A stretch of DNA of 64,000 nt, from the NCBI RefSeq assembly GCF_036321535.1, contig NC_087437.1, positions 56,918,001-56,982,000 of the forward strand, in the 5' to 3' direction. Shown piece by piece: positions 50,355-61,200 of this stretch (its first letter is position 1; each line of letters opens with the position of its first letter). A program made the translations under genes and the position numbers. The stretch comes from Camelus dromedarius (Eukaryota). Below the pieces are notes generated by a model. It was not told the DNA's origin. It did not search any database and saw nothing but the letters and a program-made list of their open reading frames with translations.

Positions 50355-52137
50355 GTAGGGTCTGTTTGTTTGTTTGTTTAACTAGAAATAAAATTAGACC
50401 TGAAATGGGGAGTCCTCTTTTAGGGCAAGCTCACAAATGATCTGTGTTGCCAAGGTGAATCTAACTTGTAAAAGTTGTTTCATTGTGAAAAATGATACCG
50501 AATTCTTGAAAGTAACTATGTGAAAAGTTACTGCTAAGGTGAAAACTTCCTTCCCTCCATTTTAAGGCCAACCGAGAGGCAAGCGCCTCTGGCCATGAGC
50601 CTTCTTGACTGTACCGTGCTCTCCCTGCAGGAGAACAGCGTGCTTGCGCGTGCTCGTAGGTCTCCACGGTGGCCTTCTCTCCATTCTCCCTGTTTGCTGG
50701 TGGCCCTTCCTCCTGGGTCAGGACCAGCTGTCTCTCCTCTGACATCTCTTGATCCATGGCAGACTGACAGCTGTTCTTGCCACCAGCAACCGTTGCTTAC
50801 GAAGCCGTCTGGCATGAGCTTGAAACGTCACCTTCCCCTTGTCGATTAGAAATAGTGGACAAAATAGTGACTGCAGTTCGTTCTGCTGTAACTAGCTGTT
50901 GTATGTGGTCATATGCAAGTTGAGTGTAACAGATCCTACGTATCAGTTACTGTTTGCAGAGCAGCACTCTGGACTTAGGGAAAGACAAAGATAGATTTTC
51001 CCCATAATAATGTATAATGTAGAGAGGAAGACAGGCTGTTGGCAGCTAAGGTCAGGCCGGCTGAAAAATGCCCAATGGAAGAACAACAGAGGAGGAGTGG
51101 GAATTCACACAGTAAAGGCTCTTAGGGAGGGAGCTTATGTTAGGCCTGGGAGGATGCAACCAGGGTGTGGGTCCACGGTATTATGGATGTTTAGCTCTGT
51201 TCTCCTCCCCGCCTGCCCTCCCTCTCCCCCTCCCTCTGTCCTTTGGGTCTCTGGTCCTGTCACAAGCTCAGCATATGTTGTGAGGCAAATGAAGACACTG
51301 AAAGCCTGGGAATAGTACTGCTCCACTGTTTACGGTTTCTCACTTACCCAGTTGTCAGTCTAAAAGCAAATTAAAGTATTATTTCCATGTTAATTATTAT
51401 TTATCAGTTATTTTTCTCTCTTTCACCCTCTAGTTATTCAGGATTTTTCCTAACAAACATACTTCATCTTAGTAGAAGGGTCCCAAATGCTTCTGTTACG
51501 TAAATTAAGCCACAAGTTACTGCCCAGGGGCTACCTAGTTCTTTGTTAACTCAGCTGTGATGGAGTAGGTGTTTTTAAGGATTACGAACCTGGAAAGGAA
51601 AGGGGGAAGGCCACGTTTCTAGCAAGTATCAGGATTTCTGTAATTTTTAGATTCTCTAGCTGGTTCTGGAATAGTTTCTCTCCTGGAAAAGTTGGCCTGA
51701 ATATGTCTTAGTTTCTGGGCTTGAAAATCATCATCCCTAAGTCAAGTGCTCAGAAACAAGTTTAAGAGCATGACGCTAGACTCCGTAGACTCTGGGAGGC
51801 CACCAGTCCCTGGCAGCGGCTGCGGAGCTGCTGCGTTAATAACGGCCACGCGCATCTCTGTGGGGAGCATGTTCCTGTGTGTTTAGCCCACTCGTCTGGC
51901 TGCACCGACAGCCTGCAACACACCTTCGTGGCTGTCATTTTTTTTTTTTTTTTTTTTTTGTCTCTGAGTGACTGTATTTAAAAATATTATATGGTGCTCA
52001 ACTGGATGTCAGTAACTTGAAATTACTAAAGGAGAATTTGGCATCATTAAGATAATTTCTAAATCTAATCTTTTTCTTTGCTATTTTCTGTATGTGTGTG
52101 TGTTTTTCTTTTCTTTCTTTCTTCCTTCTTTCCATAG

Positions 52138-52217
52138 CCCAAAACAGCTAAATCAGCACACTCGAAGTCAAAAGAGAGCGATGAACCTCACCGTTCTAAG
52201 AATGACAGGCCAGCACG
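52138..52217 (+). CDS. CCDC50: CCDC50 exon 10 (80 nt)
   Basis: long polypyrimidine tract, ccatag|CCC AAA ACA...GCA CG|gtaaga; encodes PKTAKSAHSKSKESDEPHRSKNDRPA(R). Confidence 0.95.
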
Positions 52218-54249
52218 GTAAGATGACACCCGAAAAGGAGAGTGAGGAACTTGCTTTTGGGGTAAGGAGCTGTTGGTTCCGAGAAGCGTGTGTGTGCTTT
52301 GGAGAGGAGATCAAGAAATCTGCATCGTGAGGTGGTATCAAGTCTTGCAGGCTTATTTTTAAACTTGGTTTCCAGCTTTAGATTGGGTTGAACAGGTCAA
52401 ATCAGGAAGATGGGGAATTTTACAGAAGCTGGGCTGTAAAAGGAAAGATGTCCTTTTTGTTAGGACCAGTTCTTGTCTCTGGATAAGACAGCTAAGAAGG
52501 GACGGGATTAACCATTTTCCTATGTAGAATCTCAGGTTTTAAATAGTTACTGAGTTCCATGGTCATATTGGTGTGTGCATGACATTACACATGCCTAAAT
52601 TCACTTCTGTGTGAGTCTCAGTGTCCTAGGCAAATTGCCATTTGAGTCTTGCAGACCATTCAGCGCCCCACTAGATCTAACAGCTGTGGCTGTGCTGCGT
52701 GTGCTTTCTGACGTCCCTCAGGCAATCTTGGGTCACGGTTATGGAGCAACTGCTATTTTTCCACCTCAAATAGTCAACGTTTAAGTCCCTGGGGAAACAA
52801 CCTTTATTTTTTCTTTTTTGCTTTCTGTTGCTTTTCGAAGGAAAATATGATTGGAATAGGAAGATAAAACATTAAATAGAAAAAGACAAAAATGACACTA
52901 AATCTAACATTTTGAAAACTCTAAATTATTAAAACCTTGTATTTTGGACATGATTATTAATAATATATTAATTAATTGTTAAAACATAACTTTTATCACA
53001 CTGAAAACTGTACATTGTCCTTGCCACTCACTGCTCACACTTAAACTGCTGGACTTGTTTCCTTAAAAGTGAATATATTTAGTGTCCTTAAAAACCATAC
53101 TCGATTTTTAAACCCACGTGCTTTCAGAAGATAAATACCTTTCAGAAAATTATATCAGGTTGAAAAGCTTTTAGGGCAACAGGAGTGTAATCTGTCTAAT
53201 TGCGTAAAATTGGTTGTTATGGCTTTTAGTTAAGCATGTACCAAATGTCTTCTAAAGCAGATTTTAGAAGTACGTAGTTTAGCTTTGTTTATATCCCTAC
53301 AGTATCCAAGTAAATAAGTAACTCGTCTGTTTTCAGTAGGTAAGTAGGTGTGGCTTATTATGCTTTTTTTAATCAAGGGATTTAAAATCATCTTTAGAGT
53401 TATTTTGCAGTTTTCGAAGTCCTTGGGCTTTTTAGAACACTAATAACTTTGACAGCAGATACAGTAGAACAGTCTGAAATGTCTATTTAAAAGATTTATT
53501 AAAGTTGAAAACAAGTTTTTGTAATGTAATAAGTACTCTAAAAATTATTTGATATATTGAAAGAATGAATAATCAAATGATCCTGTGTTAAAAATGGCTC
53601 TTGTAAATGAGTGAAAAATGGCCTATGACTTGAAGTCTTTTTTGACTTGAGAGGAATATTTGTATTTACGTGTCATTTACAGTAAGATTATCTGTATGGC
53701 AAAGTATAAACGAATAAGAATTTTATGAAATGTATATTTTCATAGTTAAAACTTAAAGCCCATCACCTTATTATAAATATCCTATACAGCTAATACTAGA
53801 ATGTGTGCTTCTGGATTAGGGTCCATGGTATCCTCTTTCACACTTAATCATGGGGGACATTTCCTTAGCCATTTGTTCAGAAAGAGGTGGTTTCAAGGAC
53901 TGACAAACATGGAGCCTCCTAGGAGGATTAAGATGATGACTTCAGTGCAGTGATAACTGAAGTAGAGGGGAACAGACGCTCGTGTGGAGCTTGTAGTCAT
54001 CATGGTTAAAAGTATAAGATTTCTACTCTCTCTAAGGAAACAGTGCTAGTTGGCAAACTAAATTAATTCCAATTCTTTGTAACTGGAAGAAGTTTCAACC
54101 CAAGTTCCAAATTGTTTTAACTATAGGATAGTATATTAATAATACTACTTGGTATTTTATTTGTTTTTTTCCCTTAGAAAAACTTAAAGATTTTATAAAT
54201 CTCACTTTGCTCCTACAGTATTCTTATGAATATGAAATACATTAGTCTC

Positions 54250-54515
54250 CACTTATCCATTTGTGAAATATTTAGTGAGCACCCTAATAACTGCTCAGAA
54301 CTGAAGTAAGCAGCAGTCAACAAGAACTGTTTACTGCTCTTATGAAATGTATAATCTAAACAGATAATTATGCAAATAACCATTATGATTGTGTTAAATG
54401 CTGTGGGTGAAAAGTAGAGGCTGTTGTAAGAGTATAAGGAGACACTTAATCTCTTCTGGGTATCTGGGAGGGTTTCCTGAAGAAGTGATTTTGAGTGAAT
54501 TCTGAAGCATCTTTG
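54250..54515. mobile_element. L2 fragment
   Basis: aaatatttagtgagcacc...ttaaatgctgtggg...gggagggtttcctgaagaagtgattttgagtgaattctgaag. Confidence 0.6.
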
Positions 54516-55268
54516 GCTTTATCACAAATATAAGTTATTTCATAAGAACGGTTGAAAACAGGTAATCCTAATACATCAAAAACTATAAAACAAATACTGG
54601 TTAACAAGATTTTTCTGACTTTGGATGTGAATACTCTTAATTTTGAAACAACTCTCTCTAGCGCAACAAGTAATGTGGTAGGAGCCCTGCACCCACCCAG
54701 TAAGCCAGCGTTTGTTCCCCACGTAACCAAAAAGGGAACAGAGCGCACCAAGAGAGCACAGGGCCTTCTAGATTGATTTGCTTATCTGTGGGGGTCCGAC
54801 ACAGTTTGTTGGTGTCCTGTGCTCTGTTTCACTTCAGCATCTTCCCCTGAAGGTGAGCTGATGGTGAGTTGTTTTTGACAGTACCACTTGCCTTGTGTCT
54901 TTGGTGTCCGGTCACCTAATGAGGATAATAAAAGAGTGAAAAATAAACCCTGCCATCTTGATTACCCAATTCTGTTTTCTTGGGCCTAAGTGACTTCTTT
55001 AAGTTAAACTTTCTTAATCCTGGAGTCAGATTGCTTTGTCTTCACTCCTCCTGCCAAGTCTTATGTTGCTTTTTAAAGGTAAATGTTCTAAATGCCAGTG
55101 GATAATGAAAGGAAAACACTTACTTAATTTCTAATATTTGTAAACAAATGGTTTGAAAAGAAAAACAAGAAAAATGCCACATTATTTGTTAGGGTCATAT
55201 TAATTATATGTGTATAAAAATGTATGAAAGTATAAAAATATATGCCATGTACCATTTGAAAGTGTAAG

Positions 55269-55269
<1 letters not shown>

Positions 55270-55316
<47 letters not shown>
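55270..55316. repeat. (GT)n microsatellite
   Basis: About 23 perfect GT units. Confidence 0.97.
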
Positions 55317-55319
<3 letters not shown>

Positions 55320-55369
55320 CTTGAATGCAAATAATGCTGCTGACAAAAATGCACACCTGACGAGCAGAG

Positions 55370-55470
55370 CACAGATAGTAGGTAAGAGCACTGGCTTTGA
55401 AGCCCAGTTGAGTTTGCGCCCTCTCTACCACTTGACTGTGTAAACTTGGACAGGTCACTCACTTCACTGA
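55370..55470 (+). mobile_element. MIR 5' fragment
   Basis: ggtaagagcactggctttgaagccc...ctctaccacttgactgtgtaaacttggacaggtcactcacttc. Confidence 0.65.
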
Positions 55471-56042
55471 TTGACTCTAAGATGTGTGTGCAATGGCTCC
55501 CATGCAGACTTGTCCTGAAAGTTGATTGAGGTCCTCTGTGTAGCGCCCACAGCATGGTCCACAGTATGTGCACAAGTTTGCATCCCATGCTTACCTCTTC
55601 CAGACACTGAGAACCCAGGGAGAGACCTCCTGCTTGGGTAGGGTGAGAAATTTGAAAACATTTGTCTTTATTCTTATATGACAGAACCCACTGTACCAAA
55701 CTGACCATAACTTTCCAAATTTCAGAATACTTATGCCTTCCAGATGGTATATAGAACTATACAACACATTCCACAGCATGGTTGTATATCTGACGAACTT
55801 AACTTCATCTTGTCCCACGCTTTAATGCTGTCTGAGCACATTTTTGGGAAACAACAAGCGCAAACAGGAGAGATTTTGTTCTACATCTTTATAAATGCCA
55901 AATATTTGCAAAAATCTGTGTTAATAATTAAAATAATAAAAAGTTTGGAGTATTAAAAATTTCCTAATTTTTTTTTACAGTTCTTGTTTTGACATGAAAA
56001 GTTGCAGATGTCTTTCTGACCTTTCCTTCTCTAAGCTCTACT

Positions 56043-56056
56043 CTGCCACCTAGTGG
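56043..56056 (-). promoter_or_regulatory. Candidate CTCF binding motif
   Basis: ctgccacctagtgg is the reverse complement of CCACTAGGTGGCAG, an exact fit to the core CCASYAGRKGGCRS. Confidence 0.55.
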
Positions 56057-56512
56057 TGTAAGGAACTTTGCTCTAAATTTTCTATGTTGACCTATTTCCC
56101 CTCCATCCTCTCTTACCTGCCGCCCTCTCTCCCCTAATTACTTTCTTCCTTTCTATCCTTTCCTTTCTTTCTCTTTTTCTTCATAAAAACCACCAAAACA
56201 AAATAAATTTCTCATTAACGGCAGTGATCACATCTCATCCATCTTTGCTCTGTAGCCCTTAGCACAAATGCCACACACGTTAGGTGTTCAGCAAGTATTT
56301 CTTTTTATTGAATTCTGTGTATCAAAACAAAGAAAAAGTAAGATTAAATAATTTATCCACAGTCATGCAACTGGTCAGGAATCAACAGGAGTATTATACA
56401 ATATTCTGGCTTTGTGTTTCTACCAAAAATATTTTTACCAAGTGACCCAGTGAGAGGTGGAACTGTAGTCATCACTGCTTAGAATATCTCTTTAAATTCT
56501 GACCTCCCTCAG

Positions 56513-56619
56513 GCCACCACCACCTCCTGTGACAGATGCTGAGGATTTGGCTTACACTCATTTTACAAACCAGCATAATTCTACACGTCATTTCTCAAAG
56601 TCAGAGTCTTCTCATAAAG
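56513..56619 (+). CDS. CCDC50: CCDC50 exon 11 (107 nt)
   Basis: ccctcag|G CCA CCA CCA...CAT AAA G|gtaaga; encodes [35 protein letters not shown](G). Confidence 0.95.
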
Positions 56620-56837
56620 GTAAGAAAAATCTATGGTCAGGCTTAAGATCTTTTTTCATAATCCTCACACTACGGTGGAGAAATCAGATGCTGTCTTACA
56701 AATCACTAGAATGGAAAAATAAGTTATCCTTCTCAGCAGATCATTATAGTATTCTTCATTTATTAAAAACAAACAAAAAAGAATAAAAAACAGAAAGCAG
56801 ACATCTTAAATTGAATGCAGGATTTTCTGTGTGTGGT

Positions 56838-57039
56838 TAGTTGACCCTTGAGCAACACAGGTTTGAACTGCACCGGGGTCCATGTATACTCAGATTTTTT
56901 TCAGTAGTAAGTACCACAGTACCGCACCATCCCACGTTGGTCGAAGCTGCAGATGTGTATACAGATGGCCAACTGGAAATTGTACGTGGACTTTCAACTG
57001 TGCAGCTCCCTAACCCCCGCATTGTTCAAAGGTCAGCTG
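56838..57039. mobile_element. Tigger2-family (TcMar-Tigger) MITE
   Basis: TIRs agttgacccttgagcaac / attgttcaaaggtcagctg, followed by TA. Confidence 0.85.
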
Positions 57040-57713
57040 TACTTGCGTTTTCTCCTGGGAGAGTTCATACGTTTTTATCACATTCGTAAAGGGTGACTGT
57101 GTTCCCCATTTAGATCTACTTGGCTCTTTCTATTCTGGCTCGTTTCCCATCTGCCCATGACTGTTATTAATTAGATTAAAATACACACATACATACACAC
57201 ATCACACAGAACTCTTCTGCACAAGAAAAATAAGATGAAGAAAATGAGAAAAAAAAATGAGATCTAATCTGGACCACGTCTTTAAAGTGAAAGGAGTAAT
57301 CGGGTCTAGTCCCTCTACCAAGCATATGTATTCACTTATGTGTATTTTTATGACATTCATAAAATGAGGTCATAATTAAATTAGAATTTCTGGGAGCAAG
57401 GTTTGCCAGGCATTTGTATTTTTTTAAAAGCTCTCCTCCTGCTCCCCTGTCGTTCTGATATTCACCCAATGTTGAAAATAAGACAAAAAGACATCATTTA
57501 AAAGATGAGATTAGTTGGACATTATCAAAACAACCTATATGCTACGATTTTTATCATCTGGTGGCCTTTTCACCATCCCTTGTTTAACTGGAGGTAGCTC
57601 CTGATTTTTTGTCTCAAATTACAAACACGCATTACTTTTTAAGTGGTGCCTTCCTGTCCTTGACACGTTGGATACATAATGTTAAAATAATACATTGATT
57701 CTGAGTATAAATA

Positions 57714-58039
57714 CAGTTGTCCATAGGTATCTGCAGGGGATTGGATCCAGGACCCCTGAGGGTCTCAAATCCTGGATACTCAAGCCCCTTACATAAAATA
57801 GCATGGTATTTGCATATGACCTGCTCACATCCTCCCCTATACTTTAAATCATCTCTAGACTTATTATAGTGCCTAATACAATGTAAAATTGCTGTGTAAA
57901 TAGTTGCCAACACATGGACAATTCAAGTTTTGCTTCTTAGAACTTCCTGGAAGTTTTTTCTTTTTTTTTTCTGAATATTTTTGATCCATGTTTGGTTGAA
58001 TCTGTGGGTGTGGAACCTGCGGATATAGAGAGCTGACTA
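57714..58039. mobile_element. MER2-type (TcMar-Tigger) non-autonomous DNA transposon
   Basis: ta|cagttgtccataggtatctgcaggggattggatccaggacccc...ttggttgaatctgtgggtgtggaacctgcggatatagagagctgacta|ta, with TA flanks. Confidence 0.88.
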
Positions 58040-58186
58040 TATTCTTAGAACTAAGAACAAACAAAAGATGAACCACATGAAATGGCATAGAAATAAAGAT
58101 ACAGTATTTTGTCTGAGCAGGGAGAAAAACAGTTTGAAAGATATTTTTTCCTTAATCATTTTTCTTCTTTTTCCTCCTCTCCCCAG

Positions 58187-58206
58187 GTTTCCATTATAAG
58201 CCGTAA
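58187..58206 (+). CDS. CCDC50: CCDC50 exon 12, coding part including stop codon
   Basis: ctctccccag|GT TTC CAT TAT AAG CCG TAA; encodes (G)FHYKP*. Confidence 0.94.
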
Positions 58207-61200
58207 AAACCTAGGAATCTGCCTTGAAAACGGACTCACTGTAGCAAAATTACTGGATGATACAGAACGCATTCCACGCTTATTTTTTTCCTCCTGTATT
58301 TTGTATTCCTGGGATTTATCCTCAAGTGTTTTTTTGACCATAAATAATTTTCATTCATTTAAAATGTTTTGGTTATTCCTGATCACTTGGGCAGTACAAG
58401 GAAATCTAGCTTCTGAATATTGGCCACCTCTATGCTGCATATGCTTCCTGGGATAGTATCTGAGAGCTGTATAAAATGTCGTTTTCATTAGGTATGGAGT
58501 GTTGATATCTAGGGAATAGACTTTAGCAACTAGAATTTTGTGGAGAGAGTAAAGTAAAACATACTGTTTGGGCGCAACACAGAATAAAAGAATGTAAGAA
58601 ATAGCCTTTTTTTGTTGCATTAGTGTATGACATATTGAAAGACAGAGACTTTTCCTTTTTTAACCCTTCAGGAAAAGAAAAAAAAAATCACAGCCATAAA
58701 GTATTTAAAACACAAAAAACCTAGGAGAGTTGGATTATGTAATTCTGACCACCAGGACTGCAGAGGTTTTACATATCCTTACACACTCTCCTGGGAAAAT
58801 TGGTCATTCTCCAGCACCGTCTCTGCTCTTGCTTCCTCGGAGCAAGGCTTTCTGAAGCCTCTGGGCATTGGACCATTTATTAGTATTTACTGGCAAAAAT
58901 TTACTTCTATGAAATCCCAAGTCTATGTAAAAGCAGCTGAAATTGAAAAACCTGGTATCCCTTCTCTCATTTTACACTCACTTACAAAGCCAGGGGAAAC
59001 GGAGTGAACCGGGGAGACGTTTATGTAAGCGATGGTGCCATCGTTTCCTCTGGCTCTAGATCAGAATTTTTCTCTCGCTTGAGGAACAGTATTGCTCGGC
59101 AACCTCTCAACATATTTTGTGTATCTGTCAATAAGTAGATTTCATTGGACATGAAGTTGAAGCTGATAAAGTGCTTCTTCATCCAAGTATTTGTTTCTAC
59201 TCATTTGTTAGTGGTGGGACGTGGGCACTGGATTCCTTTGTGCCGGGCCTTTAAGCCCCTCTTCAAGAAGTCTGGAATTTTTGTCCAGCTTCTAACCTCA
59301 TGGAGACACGTATTTCCCCAAACTAGTTAGTTAGCATAAGTGTCAGCCGTGCTGCAGATATAAATATCCTTTCAGCTGAACAGCCTATTATTTTTCATTG
59401 TGTGATTCTGACATTTTTGGCACTTCAGCGTGGTGTTTGTTTAGGAAAGAAATCTATAGGTGACTTGAGGAAAAGATTGAGAATCCATTTTTCCCCCACT
59501 GGGAGCTGCCTTCTGTTTGCCTTATCTTTCCAGATAGTCTTCAACGTAGGAGAGTATTCAGGAAGCTTTTTAGAATAGTTTCTCAGAGTGGATTTGGGTT
59601 TTTCATTTCAAGAAAGATCTTTAGTTTCATAAAGGTTTTGGACTGTATGAACTTGTATAAAAAAACCCTAAGAATTAAGTTTCGGGAAAATGATCATCTG
59701 CAAAGAAACAAACTTTAGGGATGTAGTCATTTTGGAGAAATAAGGAAAAGGGAAATAACAGGATTTTGAATGGCCGTGATGAAGTGAATGAGGACAAATC
59801 CTCAAGGGCAGACCAAATGGAGGTCGTAGCCTTAAATCAAATTCCAGAGGGTGGCTTCAATATCCAAAGGTTAGACATTGTTGATTTATAGAAATGCTAT
59901 ATTTTTCTTTGTCTGCCCTGTGATTTTGCTTCATATTTTTAAAAAGTTTTTTTATGGTAGCTTTAAAGAAAAAAAAAACTGTATTTTTATTTGAAAATCA
60001 GGCAAATGGGCAACATCATTTGCCGTATTTTTATTTTATAAATGTTTATTTTTCTATCTCATACAATGATCAGTTCTGCTTTTAAAATTCTATATTTCTC
60101 TTGCCTCTCATGTACTACTTCATCCAGTCGTATTTATTATTGAAAATGCTAACTGGATATATTTCACTCAAAAAATGTGAGGTCACTTAGCACTTAACTA
60201 GATGTTCGTGTTTCAGCTGTCTTAGTGAGTGACCAGAGGTGGTGTTTCCCTCGTGATACGCAATTCAGCATCTGTATTGAAAATTTGTTATTTTTTTTAA
60301 GGTTTTTAAAAGATTAGAGTTTTAAAATATTTTAATTTAATTTAATGTTTTTGTGAAGCAAACACTTTTTAAGGAGCATCAGAGTAATTCTTTCCCTGTG
60401 AATAAGGAGACTAAGTGAACTCAACCAGTTGAATCCTCTTATCCTCGTACAGATAACCTGTTACCTTTGAGACTGTGGAAGCAACTACCAACTGTATTTA
60501 AGGAACTGCCAAACATTCTTCACTGTGTTCTCTGCTTTTCACTTTGTCGGTTTTATATAAATACAGAAGCATTCATTTGGTTCCCATTCCTACTGCTGGA
60601 ACACACACGATCTAACGTTTAGGTCCACGATGTATTACGCTTCAATGTCGTGATGTAAACTAACACTTGTGGCCTTGGAAGATCTTTCTGTTCCTGTACC
60701 TCTGTTGTCTGGAGGCCAGGCCCTGTTAACATCAGTGTTGCTGAATGAGCACAGTGTGTTACGGCGCCTCATCCTCAGGCTACTGGACATGGTACCCCCG
60801 CCCCACAACTGAACTTTCTGTAAGTCATCACCTGGAAGCAAGGTTAGATAAGGGTCAGGTTAAGTTAAATGTTCTGAGTTAAAACAAATTTGTCTCTAGT
60901 GTCAAACCACTGTTATGTATAATTTTATTGGGACACTCGACAGTTTTGTTAAAATAACATTTGAGATTTTTAGAAGGTGACTTTGCGTACCACTGAATTA
61001 CTGTTTCTCAAATGACTTTACAGCAACCAGCAACAGGCCAGTGAACTGCAGAAAAGACCACATGGTTTTTGACGTTCACAGAGGAACGTCTCGACTAGAA
61101 AAGATATGGGTAGATGCTCCCGAGAGGAAAACCTTTTTAGAAGGGCAGTGGCCATTGGGATCTAGATCAGCATATTCTAAAATGTGTGACCTTGGGCCCT

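Larger units (their letters stand above)
25524..58206 (+). other. CCDC50: CCDC50 spliced coding span, exons 2-12 (exon 1 and start codon lie upstream of the window)
   Basis: Eleven AG/GT-bounded exons (63,127,91,118,528,116,45,105,80,107,20 nt) join into one frame reading (V)[49 protein letters not shown]...[14 protein letters not shown], which I recognise as mammalian CCDC50. Confidence 0.97.

Noticed and set aside
55124..55708. 194-aa minus-strand ORF
   Set aside because: Runs through a (CA)n repeat (HTHTHT) and a MIR fragment; no protein-like character.
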